64,000 nt of DNA from an uncultured delta proteobacterium (GCA_963787125.1 CAWBBV010000005.1:1-64000); one strand, 5' to 3'. Counted from the first letter of the stretch, positions 14,779-24,884 are shown. The notes: a model not told the origin generated them from the sequence alone. Program-made: numbers and translations.

Positions 14779-15922
14779 CTAATCCAGCGTTCTTCGATAG
14801 CGCCTGACCCCGACAACAACGGCCAGAAACGCAAACAGCCCGATTTGCCACAGCTGGTGCCAGACCTCCGCAATACCATTCCCTTTAAGCAGTATCCCCC
14901 GGACAATTCGCAAAAAATGCGTGAGCGGCAACAGCTCACCGATCATCTGCGCCCAGACCGGCATGCCGCGAAAGGGGAACATGAAGCCGGAGAGGAGGAT
15001 TGAGGGGAGAAAGAAGAAGAACGTCATCTGCACGGCCTGCAGCTGATTGCGCGCCAGAGTGGAAAAAGTTATCCCCACCGCCAGGTTGGCAATTATGAAG
15101 ATCATGGCAACTGCCAGCAACAGCGTCAGACTCCCCTGCATCGGCACATGGAAGACGATTTTTGCGGCCAGCAGAATCAGGATTACCTGAACATACCCGA
15201 CCAGAATATAGGGGATGATCTTCCCGAGCAGCACCTCCAGGGGACGAGTCGGCATGGAGAGCAGATTCTCCATGGTGCCGCGCTCCCGCTCTCTCGTTAT
15301 TGCCAGGCCGGTTATCATCGCCATGGTCATGGTCAGGACAACCCCCATAAGTCCGGGGACGATATTGTACTGAGTGATGCCTTCAGGATTGTAGCGCGGA
15401 TGGATTCGCACTTCCAGCGGGTCACCCCCCGGCAGCAGATAGCCAATTGACCCTTTCAGGTCATGTTCCAGCGCAGTTCGTGCCACTGTCCGCAAGGCAC
15501 TGATGGCGTTGCCGGTCGCGGCAGGATCGGTAGCATCAGCCTCCACAAGAACAACCGGCTGCTCCCCCCGAAGCAGTTCCCTGGAAAACTGCGGCGGTAT
15601 GGTAATGAAAAACTGCACCTCCCCTCGCGCCAGGAGCTTTCCCCCTTCGGCTTCGCTGTCAACCTGCCTGACAATATCGAAAGTAGCCGCTTGCCTTTAG
15701 TGCCTGCAAGAGGGTTCGGCCAATAGGGTCATGGTCGGCGAGCAGAACCGCCGTGGGGAGGTGTTTCGGGTCGGAGTTGATGGCAAAACCGAACAGCAGC
15801 AGCTGCAGGAGCGGAATGCCGATCATCATCCCGAAGGTGAGCCGGTCGCGGCGCATCTGGATGAACTCTTTGGCGACAATCGCCCAGAGTCTGGCTGGTG
15901 AGAATTCGATGCGGCGGCTCAT
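14779..15922 (-). pseudogene. ABC-2 type permease split by a one-base frameshift near 15680
   Basis: ORF 15659-15922 (KEFIQMRRDRLT) and ORF 14779-15618 (RERERGTMENLL) join as ...GYF-DIVRQVDSEAEG... if one base at ~15679-15682 is removed. Confidence 0.8.
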
Positions 15923-16653
15923 GGCGAATAGTTGTCCGGGCAGCTCTCCATCAGGCGAATAAAAACCTCTTCAAGGGTGGAATCCTGCGCTATTTCACCG
16001 GGAGTGCCGTGGGCAAGGAGATTACCGTAGGCCAGGTAGGCAAGGGAATGGCAGCGCCGGGCCTCATCCATGTAGTGAGTCGAGACCAGTACGGTCATGC
16101 CGGTGGCAGCCAGTTCGTGGATCCTGTCCCAGAAGTCGCGGCGGGCCTTCGGATCGACTCCGGCGGTCGGCTCATCAAGGAGAAGGAGCCTGGGTTTGTG
16201 AAGCAGGCAGGCCGCCAGCGCCAGACGCTGTTTCCACCCCCCTGACAACTCACCGGCCAACTGGCTACGCCGTCCGCCAAGGCCAAGCTGGTCAAGACTC
16301 TCCTCAACAGCGCGTTTGCGGTCGGGAACAGAGAACATCCTGGCAACAAAGTCAAGGTTTTCAACAATACTCAGGTCTTCATAGAAACTGAAGCGCTGGG
16401 TCATGTAACCGGCTTCCTTGCGGATCGCCTCGCTCCCGGTAATGACATCGTACCCCAGACAGCTGCCGCTGCCGCCATCCGGCCTGAGCAGGCCGCAAAG
16501 CATCCGGATAAAAGTCGTCTTGCCGCTGCCGTTGGGACCGAGAAAACCGCATATCTCGCCCCGGCGGACCTGCAGGTCGATGCCGTTCACCACGGTCTTG
16601 CCGCTGAAAACCTTGGTCATCGCTTTTACATCGATTGCGAACCCGGCAGACAT
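15919..16653 (-). CDS. ABC transporter ATP-binding protein
   Basis: GPNGSGKT, LSGGWKQR, LLLLDEPT; likely ATG at 16653. Confidence 0.93.
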   Translation of the reverse strand: MSAGFAIDVKAMTKVFSGKTVVNGIDLQVRRGEICGFLGPNGSGKTTFIRMLCGLLRPDGGSGSCLGYDVITGSEAIRKEAGYMTQRFSFYEDLSIVENLDFVARMFSVPDRKRAVEESLDQLGLGGRRSQLAGELSGGWKQRLALAACLLHKPRLLLLDEPTAGVDPKARRDFWDRIHELAATGMTVLVSTHYMDEARRCHSLAYLAYGNLLAHGTPGEIAQDSTLEEVFIRLMESCPDNYSP

Positions 16654-16657
16654 GGTC

Positions 16658-17638
16658 TCAGCGCCCGAAATGAACATCAACCGGCTGTCCCGGATGAAGG
16701 CGCGGCGGAGTTTCAGGAGGGAATGCGGCCTCCACCAGATAGACAAGCTTTGCCCGGCTCTCACGGCTGTAGATGACCGGCGGGGTGTATTCGGCCCGGG
16801 GAGAGATAAAGCTGACTCTGGCGGCAAGATCCCCCTTCACGCCGTCGACAGTCACAGTAAGCGGATCGCCCGGATGAAGTGCAGCACTCTTCCCTTCAGG
16901 TACAAAAAACCTGACTTTAATATTTTCGGGCGGCAACAGTGAGACAACCGGACGGCCTGCGGCCACCCACTCACCGCTACGGTAAAGAGTGTCATAAACA
17001 GCTGCCGCTGCCGGAGCCGTGCGGCTTTTCTGGGCAAGTTCCCACTCTGCCCGCGCCAGCGCCGCTTCAAACGCCCCGACATTGGCCTGCGCCGCAGCGA
17101 TCTGGTCACTGCGGGCCCCGAGGCTGGCGGTCTTTAAGTCAGCTTCAATCCTGGCAACCAGCTGGTGCTGCTGCTCTCGGGCAGCTCTGGCCGCGTCCAG
17201 ACTCTGAACGGAAACGACAGCTGCACGAAAAAGCCTGTCCTGCCTGCCGTACTCTGTCTCTGCCAGCGCTGCAGCCGACTTCGCCTGCTCCAGCTGTGCA
17301 TTAAGGGCTGCCACTTCGGTCGGTCGCAGCCCTTTGCGCAGATCCTGCAAAAATGACCGGGCCTGAGACAGCCTTCTTTGCGCCTCATCACGAACATTTC
17401 TTTCAGCGTCGCTTTCAAGGGCAAAGAGCGGCTCCCCCTTTTTCACCAGGCCCCCTTTTGCCACCATAAGGGTGACTGTGCCTGGCAAAGGCGAGGCAAC
17501 ATAGATGAATTCACCTTCTACATAACCGTGCAGAGCGTCCGGAGAGGGGCTGCTACAGGCGGAGAGCAGCAGAGATAAAGAGCTGACAAGAACAATTAAG
17601 AACTGCTGCGACGCTTTTTCATTCCCAGAAATTGTCAA
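16658..17638 (-). CDS. HlyD-family periplasmic adaptor (lipoprotein)
   Basis: LLSAC lipobox, GYVEGE, coiled-coil hairpin, AEYTPPVIYS. Confidence 0.9.
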   Translation of the reverse strand: MTISGNEKASQQFLIVLVSSLSLLLSACSSPSPDALHGYVEGEFIYVASPLPGTVTLMVAKGGLVKKGEPLFALESDAERNVRDEAQRRLSQARSFLQDLRKGLRPTEVAALNAQLEQAKSAAALAETEYGRQDRLFRAAVVSVQSLDAARAAREQQHQLVARIEADLKTASLGARSDQIAAAQANVGAFEAALARAEWELAQKSRTAPAAAAVYDTLYRSGEWVAAGRPVVSLLPPENIKVRFFVPEGKSAALHPGDPLTVTVDGVKGDLAARVSFISPRAEYTPPVIYSRESRAKLVYLVEAAFPPETPPRLHPGQPVDVHFGR

Positions 17639-17769
17639 TTATGACTCCGACATAAGTTTTCATTCCAAACGCTGCCACCTTGGGAGTCTGACTGAATAAA
17701 TACACCTCAATCTTCTTCTGACACCTGCCAAAAGGTGCCGGCAACCTGACCGTCCCGATTTAAAATGAT

Positions 17770-18072
17770 TCAATCGCCTCTGATCGCCGCATTCCCCCAT
17801 ATTGCGAGCCACTGTTCTTGGGGAGTACGGGCATCGCCGTACTGGACGATGACGCCATCCTCCCGTTGATAGGAACAAAACCAGCCTGGCCGGTCTGCTT
17901 TGGCAAAAGTTGGATACTCGTATTGATGGTTCAAGGGGTCATAGGGCTCAGAGTATTTGCTCCAATCCTTTGGCGGGGGACAACGCTCATCGCCCCGATA
18001 ATCACCTGCGGCGTAAACCGATGACAAACTGCAAACTATCAGGCAGGCAACAACCAGAATAACTCTTCTCAT
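17770..18072 (-). CDS. Small secreted hypothetical protein
   Basis: Signal peptide ending VYA; GGAGA RBS. Confidence 0.65.
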   Translation of the reverse strand: MRRVILVVACLIVCSLSSVYAAGDYRGDERCPPPKDWSKYSEPYDPLNHQYEYPTFAKADRPGWFCSYQREDGVIVQYGDARTPQEQWLAIWGNAAIRGD

Positions 18073-18120
18073 GCGATCTCCGTTGCAATCTTTTTTAAAT
18101 TAAGCTCCTGACTGGAAGCT

Positions 18121-20040
18121 TCAGTGAAGCCTCTTGCTCTTTAGTCGGTATCTATCTGTTTCGGCCTTAAAAAATACATATCCCTTCGTCCCTCTTCGTT
18201 TACGCCAGAGAATAGAACCAGCCACCAAAAGGATGCCAGCCATGACGATACCTTTCGTCAGCACTGAGGTATGCAGGAGAAACATGGCAGCGCCAATCAG
18301 GGGCAAGAGCAGCAGCCGCACCAGCGGTTTACACCAGGGGTGGGCATTGATGAAGGCAGCGCCAATGGGACCGTAGCGGTAATACCAGCCAACAAAAGCC
18401 CTTCCGGGGGGGTTGGTCAACAGATAGCGGTCGCGGAAATCCCGCAGTGTCTGAACCTGGGGGGCGGAATAATGGCCATAGGCAGCAGTGGCGATGAAGC
18501 AGGCAGCCGCCCCGCCACCCCACACCCCATCGCCCCAGCCGATACTTATTGGCTGTACAGCCGGCATGGCACTCATGATATTCGACAGGGCGCTTTCCCG
18601 GGCGGTACCGAGATACTGGGCCACCTCCGGCGCATAGCTGCTTTCGTTGCTGACACCGGGAGTGCCACCGCCGGCGTTGAAGGCGGTGACCGTCAGAAAA
18701 TAGGTGGGCTGGGCAATGGCAGCAACCGCCACGTAATAGTTCACGCCATTAGTGAGACCTAAAAGGGTGACTCCAGAGGCATTGGCGCCATTAACCCGCT
18801 TAAAGGTTGCCGGTAATGATGCTGCAGAGAATGATGTGGTGCTGTAGTAGACTTTGTAGCCCGTGGCATTGACTGCAGGGGTCCAACTGACAAATAATGC
18901 CTCGTTTGCCGGGATGAGCGCAACGCCGGTTACTGCTGCGGGGGTAGCCGGCGTCACGAGGGGCAGATTACTCAAGGTGGCGCTGTTCACCCCCTGAGCA
19001 ATCGTCAAGGGCGAATTCCCCTCAGTTGCACCCGTGCCGTGGCGATCCCCGGAGGTCGTTCCGTAGTACAGATGGTAGCCGTTGACCTGATAACCCATGT
19101 TCAACTTCCAGCTCAAGGCGACAGCATCGGCGGCGACCCCACCGGTGGCCGTCAATCCAAGGATCCTGAACGGGATGGTGTCGCTGTCCGGCCCCCCGTA
19201 GGCGCCCATATCAAAAAAAGCAGGATTGTCCGCGTTGGGGTAGCCCGGATTGCCGGCATTGACGCCGCCATAACTATGGCACGGCGAACCGCTCTGCAGA
19301 TGAAAATCGTTGTTGGCCGGATCAACAAACAGCGGACCGGGATTAGTGACACTGCTGTTGGGCAGTGAGTTGGCATCCAGGGTGATGGCTCCGTTCGTGC
19401 CATTGTTGTGATAGGTATTGTACGTCAAGCGGGACAGATTCGTTGTGGTGGCGATTGCCGTGCTGTTGCCGGCAAAAATATTATTGGTGATGAGACTGTC
19501 GGTGTTGATGCTGAGAGCGGTGCCGCTCTGATAAAAGGTATTGTTGACAATAGCGGTTGACGGTGAGCCCTGGACCTGCAGGGCGGTACCGCCGGAACCG
19601 ACCCTGAATATGTTGTTGGCGATGGTGATCGCGCTGCTGTTGGTTACGGCAATGCCGACCTCTTTTGAATAAATGGTAAAATTCCTGATAGTGACATTGG
19701 TGACGTTATTCAGCGAGATGAGCGGGCCTAAGTTGAACTGGTCCAGGTACGTTCGGGATGTTTCGCTGCCGATGATGGGAACATTGCTTATGGGTATAAA
19801 GGATTCGTAATAGGGGTTGGGATCAGCCGTTACGATGATCCGGAACGTACTGGTGCCTGGCGGCGTTCCGCTCAATTGACTGCCGGCATAGTCGATAGCG
19901 GCCTGAATACTGTAAAAATGTGTGGGGTCGGTCGGACTGTGCTCGACAATCAGATCAATGGCTGCTGACAGCCGGGGGAACAGCAGGACAATGGAAATGA
20001 AAGTTGCGATCAAAAACCGCGGATTAATTGGAACTTTCAT
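18121..20040 (-). CDS. Surface protein with beta-helix and FN3-like domains and a CFI-box-CTERM tail
   Basis: Signal peptide, NNIF/NNTF repeats, PLFVD...DFHLQSGSP, VSWTP..GYKVYY, C-terminal CFIATAAYG...LRDFRDRYL...YYRYGP and TM; likely ATG at 20040. Confidence 0.85.
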   Translation of the reverse strand: MKVPINPRFLIATFISIVLLFPRLSAAIDLIVEHSPTDPTHFYSIQAAIDYAGSQLSGTPPGTSTFRIIVTADPNPYYESFIPISNVPIIGSETSRTYLDQFNLGPLISLNNVTNVTIRNFTIYSKEVGIAVTNSSAITIANNIFRVGSGGTALQVQGSPSTAIVNNTFYQSGTALSINTDSLITNNIFAGNSTAIATTTNLSRLTYNTYHNNGTNGAITLDANSLPNSSVTNPGPLFVDPANNDFHLQSGSPCHSYGGVNAGNPGYPNADNPAFFDMGAYGGPDSDTIPFRILGLTATGGVAADAVALSWKLNMGYQVNGYHLYYGTTSGDRHGTGATEGNSPLTIAQGVNSATLSNLPLVTPATPAAVTGVALIPANEALFVSWTPAVNATGYKVYYSTTSFSAASLPATFKRVNGANASGVTLLGLTNGVNYYVAVAAIAQPTYFLTVTAFNAGGGTPGVSNESSYAPEVAQYLGTARESALSNIMSAMPAVQPISIGWGDGVWGGGAAACFIATAAYGHYSAPQVQTLRDFRDRYLLTNPPGRAFVGWYYRYGPIGAAFINAHPWCKPLVRLLLLPLIGAAMFLLHTSVLTKGIVMAGILLVAGSILWRKRRGTKGYVFFKAETDRYRLKSKRLH

Positions 20041-20450
20041 GGGATCACCTCTAAAAAAAGTTATCACCATGCTCAGGATTGTCAAGCTGTGAACCTTGCA
20101 AACTGCTTGCAAAAAACCTCCACCGGAGCTGACAGCGTATCATCATGATATTATTACGTAAAACAGCCAACAAGTTACTTGACACTGAAAATGGAACCGT
20201 GTAAGAAAATGAAAAGTTTTTCACTATAATGAATTCAGGAGCGAGAGTGCTGGTATCCGCTATGGGTGCAGACTCCTTAATCAGGGCCGTCATGATCAGC
20301 TTCAGGCTTGATCGAGCGGCCCTTTGTCGTTTTGGCGCCAAAAATGGATTCACACTTTTTGGGGAGCTGTTGCCAAAGCGGAAAAACTGAAAGCAGAAAA
20401 CAGCCGGGAAGATACCGCGCCAGCGTCAATAACTGCGCAAAGGGGACAAA

Positions 20451-22154
20451 ATGGAGACTGCCCGCAAGGTCATTGTTGCCGTACACGGCATTGGCGATCA
20501 GACCGCTTTTGAAACAGTCCAGGCAATCGTCAGACAGTTCTGCAAGTTCTACGCTCAACCGGCGACAGTATCTCTTGGTCGCCTCGACAGCGACATCAGG
20601 TCAGGCGGGGGCGCCCTGGCGCTCCTCCCCCCACTCGACCCGCAGCTCCCCCTGAACGTCGGCTTTACGGAAGTCTACTGGGCCAATATTGCCCGTGAAG
20701 TTGAGACAAATGGCTACCGACTGGAGGATACCCGCCACTGGGCCCGGACGATCATTGAGCGCCTCAAGCTGCACCACGAAAACGGCACCCTGTTTACCCC
20801 CCAGGACTACGGCCTCATCAAGGTGGTGCTTGAGGAGACAATCAACGCCATCACGGTTTCAGAACTGGTCATGACCCTCTTCAAGAATGTCGGCTCTTAC
20901 AGGCCGAAACTGGAGAACGTCCTGACGAACTATCTGGGGGATGTGCAGCTGGTAGCCGAATTCCGGGTGATTCGCGAGCTGATCCTTGAACAGTTCGACA
21001 AGGCGATGAACGCCGTTTACGCTAACGATCCTGACGCCGGGATTTACATCATCGCTCACAGCGAGGGGACGGTCGTCGCCTTTCTCGGCCTGCTCCGGGC
21101 GCTCCGGAGTCGGGCCAATGGCGGCTCAGCCGCGCAGCATCCGTGGCTCGGCAACATCAAGGGGTTCATCACCCTCGGCTCTCCCATCGACAAGCATCTG
21201 GTACTCTGGCCCGAGCTCTGGCACGAGTTCGACTTTCGCGGCAAGGATCCGGGAGTAAAACCTATTCCGTGGCTCAACTATTACGACTTCGGCGATCCGG
21301 TCGGCTTCAAGCTCGACACGGCGCGGTTCTGGCTCGACAATATCGGTTGCAACGGCTTCGACTTTCCAAAAAGCAACGACTTCGGCTTCAGTCGCAGCTA
21401 TTTGCCCGGCAAAGCCCATATTGACTACTGGACCGACACTGAGCTTTTCGGACATATGATCAAGACGCTGATCGCTCCTGAAGCCGATCAACCGAAACCG
21501 GCAAGCAAGTATCCGGCCATGCTCACAAGCCGCATTCTCCCCTACATTGCGGCGTTCCTGCCGCTACTGGCAGGAGTTTATCTGCTCTATTGCAGCCTGG
21601 ACGACACCGCCGCCTTTGGCGAGAACGGGGGGATAATCGGGCGCAACTCATTTTTTATCGCCCTGCTGCTGGCGGGGGTCACGGTGCTGTCGCGGGTTGT
21701 CCGCCTGACCAAGCTCCATTGGCTCCGCTTTCTGGCAACGCTTTTCTACCTCGCCACGACCGGCCTCTTTACCCTCTGCGTGTCAAAAGGGGCCAGGGAG
21801 AGCATCGGCAAAGGGCTGACAGCCCTGCTGCCCATCAGCAACGACTACCTCGCCCTGGTGACTGCCTCCCTGTTCATAGCCATTTGCGGACTCTATTCCC
21901 GCAGATACAGCCTCATCCCGCTCCTCTTGCCCGGTTTTATCGCCGTCGCCTGGGTATTAGCCTGGATCCTCTTCCAGTGCGATGAAGTTTATGCCGTCGG
22001 CTCGCTGCTTGTTACCACCATCGGCTTTTTCTGCCTCTGGTGGCTCAGCGCCATCATCTTCGATCTGAGCTTCATCTGGCACGCCTACATCCGCAACAAT
22101 CGAGCAGTTGATAAACTCCATGAGATGTTTGTGGCGAAGCTGGGGAAGGAATAG
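20451..22154 (+). CDS. Hypothetical membrane protein with an N-terminal alpha/beta-hydrolase-like domain
   Basis: VHGIGDQ, IAHSEGT nucleophile-elbow-like motif, TLGSP, DPV, AHIDYW; several C-terminal TM segments. Confidence 0.7.
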   Translation: METARKVIVAVHGIGDQTAFETVQAIVRQFCKFYAQPATVSLGRLDSDIRSGGGALALLPPLDPQLPLNVGFTEVYWANIAREVETNGYRLEDTRHWARTIIERLKLHHENGTLFTPQDYGLIKVVLEETINAITVSELVMTLFKNVGSYRPKLENVLTNYLGDVQLVAEFRVIRELILEQFDKAMNAVYANDPDAGIYIIAHSEGTVVAFLGLLRALRSRANGGSAAQHPWLGNIKGFITLGSPIDKHLVLWPELWHEFDFRGKDPGVKPIPWLNYYDFGDPVGFKLDTARFWLDNIGCNGFDFPKSNDFGFSRSYLPGKAHIDYWTDTELFGHMIKTLIAPEADQPKPASKYPAMLTSRILPYIAAFLPLLAGVYLLYCSLDDTAAFGENGGIIGRNSFFIALLLAGVTVLSRVVRLTKLHWLRFLATLFYLATTGLFTLCVSKGARESIGKGLTALLPISNDYLALVTASLFIAICGLYSRRYSLIPLLLPGFIAVAWVLAWILFQCDEVYAVGSLLVTTIGFFCLWWLSAIIFDLSFIWHAYIRNNRAVDKLHEMFVAKLGKE

Positions 22155-22508
22155 CGCGGAAAGAACAATTGGCTACTGATCAAGGCCGAAGAGGCAAATG
22201 AGCCGAAACGTCCCAAGACTCTGCGCAGCATCCTCATCATCATTGCCAGCGCTAAGACGCCGGAGAAGATGCTGGCCCTCTATACCAGATACAAAGAGAG
22301 CGGCCTGACGTACGGTGACATCAGGAAAAAGACAGCTCCTCTCAAACCGGCTGATGCGCCCATTGATCTGGCCTTTGTGGATCAGTTTTGCGAGCGGCTT
22401 GACACACTTGATTTAACCAGGCTGACCGTGGATCAAAAAACAAGCCTTAATCTCAGCCTGGGCAAGCTACGCGGTCTGGCCTACCAGCGGATGAAATTGT
22501 TGAAATAA
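22155..22508 (+). pseudogene. Start-less gene remnant, possibly chimeric
   Basis: Frame open from the stop at 22154 (RGKNNWLLIKAEE...TLRSILIIIASAKTPEKMLALYTRYKESGLTYGDIRKK...) with no good start; family assignment is a guess. Confidence 0.4.
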
Positions 22509-22703
22509 TGAGAAAATGAGCGGAAAACAGTCGAAAATCACCGAAATATTTGGCCTGTTTTTAGTGATGAATCGTTGTAAATCAGTTGGTTAAGTCAAAA
22601 CTTCGGGCGCCGGAAGTTTTATATTTTTTAATGATTAGCGTTGTGCTACAACGACATACTGCAAGAGTTACTTAAGAGGGTTAGTCATTGTGAGGGATAG
22701 ATT

Positions 22704-22831
22704 ATGCTCAAGGATATGAAAGCATATGCCCACCTGAAGCCGGGGCAGATGGGATAAACAGATAAAAATGTGGTTCGCCCTATGGACTGGTCCGTGGCAC
22801 AAAGCTCGAAGCAAGAATAATGGCAAGGTAA
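22704..22831 (+). pseudogene. Decayed small gene (MLKDMKAYAHLKPGQ...GRWDKQIKMW...YGLVRGTKLEARIMAR*)
   Basis: GAGGGA RBS and ATG at 22704; protein-like segments in three frames joined at GGGGCAG and at GCCCTATGG. Confidence 0.5.
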
Positions 22832-22844
22832 TCCGTAGGCAAAA

Positions 22845-22929
22845 GTCACTTATATAGGTAATCATGGTGGTTACTTATATAAGCTGCAAGTTACTGGTAT
22901 AGGTAGCAAGTTACTTATTTACTGAAACC
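22845..22929 (+). repeat. Four imperfect ~20-bp direct repeats (GTTACTTATATAGGTAGCAA-like)
   Basis: Units start at 22845, 22870, 22890 and 22910. Confidence 0.75.
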
Positions 22930-22930
22930 T

Positions 22931-22948
22931 ATGATCAACGAGTTGGAC
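22931..22948 (+). other. Putative attI-like core site ATGATCAACGA-GTTGGAC
   Basis: GTTRRRY at 22942-22948, 10 bp before the first cassette ORF; near-complement GTCCCAAC closes this cassette at 23733. Confidence 0.6.
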
Positions 22949-22958
22949 GGAAATATAA

Positions 22959-23276
22959 ATGCGATCAAAGCTGATAATATTTGTGTTTGCCTTATGCATT
23001 ATAATCCCGTCACTTTTGTTTTGGTCATACCTTACGTGTAAGACCAACGTAGCGTTAATATTAAAGACCAACCCTAAAACAGCAAAGGTAAAATTGATAT
23101 TTTGTGGAGCAAACCTGCGACTCATACCAATTGGCGATAACAAAATCCGCCTTGGGTGGTCTCTGGGTTACACCACGTCAGAAGATGTTTTTTCTGATCT
23201 TTATGTTTATGTCTCTTTGATGGGCAATATTTATTTTGACAGTGGCTCCGTAATAAAAAAACCAAAGATGGATTAG
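22959..23276 (+). CDS. Cassette ORF, hypothetical protein with N-terminal TM
   Basis: 105 aa ORF directly after GTTGGAC. Confidence 0.6.
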   Translation: MRSKLIIFVFALCIIIPSLLFWSYLTCKTNVALILKTNPKTAKVKLIFCGANLRLIPIGDNKIRLGWSLGYTTSEDVFSDLYVYVSLMGNIYFDSGSVIKKPKMD

Positions 23277-23340
23277 CGCCAGCAGAGAGCTATATCTAGA
23301 GCAAAACTTGAGCTGCAATGACGTATCGCAATGAGGATTC

Positions 23341-23727
23341 ATGGAAACAGAAATTGATAAATATGTTGGTAATTGGATAAACGACGAAGGTTGCCGTCTC
23401 GTGATTGAAAAGGGACTGAGACAGGAAGTAATCGTTTCATATTTTGCAGGGGAAACGGGTCTTCCAGTTGCCCGACCATACTGCGACAATCTTACTTCGA
23501 TTAATATGGTCGCTGAATTATCAGAGTATGAATTGTCATTAGATGTTGAATTATGGTGTCAAAACAAAGGCTTTACTCTACATCTTTCTTATGAATATTC
23601 ATATGATCTGGACAAAGAGCACCGTAATTCGCTTGTCCCAGCATTATCCCGCTATGAGCGTGATGATTTTCTTGACCAGTATTTTTCACTTTTTGGCCAT
23701 CTAAGACACTATGTTCGTAAAAGCTGA
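23341..23727 (+). CDS. Cassette ORF, hypothetical protein
   Basis: GAGGA RBS; stop 5 bp before attC1. Confidence 0.7.
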   Translation: METEIDKYVGNWINDEGCRLVIEKGLRQEVIVSYFAGETGLPVARPYCDNLTSINMVAELSEYELSLDVELWCQNKGFTLHLSYEYSYDLDKEHRNSLVPALSRYERDDFLDQYFSLFGHLRHYVRKS

Positions 23728-23732
23728 TAAAT

Positions 23733-23806
23733 GTCCCAACCAGCCCCATGGACGCCGACCGCCCGAAAAAGCTGGGCGGGCGGGTCATGGGGGCACCCCG
23801 TTGAAC
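23733..23806 (+). repeat. attC site 1
   Basis: GTCCCAAC...CCCCATG..CCGCCC-loop-GGGCGG..CATGGGG...GTTGAAC. Confidence 0.75.
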
Positions 23807-23844
23807 AGGGAAAACCTGATAAAGACAATAGGAGGACTTTATTT

Positions 23845-24831
23845 ATGAAGCGACTTGTTCTTTCGGGAGTTGTTGTGATGTTGTGGGCGGCGGTTGCCAT
23901 TGCGGGAGCCGGGGAAGTTAAGAAGGCTAAGGGATTCATAAAGTCGGGACAGTTACCACAGGCTATTGCTCTGCTGGAAAAGGAGATCAACGCCAATCCG
24001 ACCAGTGCCGAAGCGCACTATGAACTGGGTAATGCCTACATTCTCTCCGGGCGCTACAACAGCGGAGAAGAGCGATTTAAGAGCACAGTACAGCTTTCAA
24101 CCGCTTATGCCGACAAAGTCGGCATCCTCTACCGTACTGCCGGATTCAATCAACTGAAAGCGAGTAATATTGACGGCGCTGACGCCTGTTTCACCCGTTA
24201 CCTTGAATATCAGCCGGATGGACGCAGCAAGCTTGCTACTGAACTTTACGATCAAGGCATGAAGGCTGCAAATCAAGGGCACTGGCAACTTGATTTTGCT
24301 CCTCTTCTTCTTGCCAGCAAAATCAACCCGAGCCTCAGACCTCAAATTGCAAAGTTCTATCTCGACAAAGGCGACAAGGCAACCGATGAAGAGTGCAGAG
24401 CTTTATATTCCAAAGCAAAAACATTTACCGATAATTTTGAAGAAAAGGCCGGACGAAGACTACTTGAGATAGCAAAGCGTTATGCCCGTCAACCGGGGCG
24501 AGAAGCACAGAGCAAGGATTTTAAAGATGTTGCTCGCCAGTTTTTGGGAGAAGCCACCATTGCATTGGACCTACCGGACATCAAAAATTATAAAAAAGGC
24601 ACATACACCTTCAACCTTAATGCTAAGGAACAAACAGATCATTGGATTGTATTGCCAACCGATCAATATGTGAAATACAACGTAACCTCAGCGGATGAAT
24701 CGAGTTTTAATTTGTTATTCGATGATGGTCAAATTTTCAACGGTGCCGCATCTTCTGTCCCGTTTAGAAATTCCATTAAATTCAAAGTTATTTCAGATAA
24801 AAATCAAGTGGTAACGTTAACCGTCGATTGA
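23845..24831 (+). CDS. Cassette ORF, secreted TPR-repeat protein
   Basis: AGGAGG RBS, signal peptide, NPTSAEAHYELGNAY TPR; true start probably 23845. Confidence 0.8.
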   Translation: MKRLVLSGVVVMLWAAVAIAGAGEVKKAKGFIKSGQLPQAIALLEKEINANPTSAEAHYELGNAYILSGRYNSGEERFKSTVQLSTAYADKVGILYRTAGFNQLKASNIDGADACFTRYLEYQPDGRSKLATELYDQGMKAANQGHWQLDFAPLLLASKINPSLRPQIAKFYLDKGDKATDEECRALYSKAKTFTDNFEEKAGRRLLEIAKRYARQPGREAQSKDFKDVARQFLGEATIALDLPDIKNYKKGTYTFNLNAKEQTDHWIVLPTDQYVKYNVTSADESSFNLLFDDGQIFNGAASSVPFRNSIKFKVISDKNQVVTLTVD

Positions 24832-24884
24832 TTTTTATTGCCACTTGACCTTAATCAGGTTTGTTCAAAGAAATGACAAAAAAC

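Noticed and set aside
20160..20450. Possible riboswitch upstream of the 20451 ORF
   Set aside because: No recognisable conserved aptamer motifs by eye
22845..22929. Possible CRISPR mini-array, given the cas6 gene
   Set aside because: Units are ~20 bp, degenerate and abutting, with no unique spacers
22500..22930. Integron integrase or its remnant upstream of the attI-like site
   Set aside because: No tyrosine-recombinase-like frame recognised; the 65-aa minus ORF at 22668-22865 looks spurious
23731..23844. N-terminal extension of the TPR ORF in the track
   Set aside because: It is translated attC1; the RBS and signal peptide point to ATG 23845
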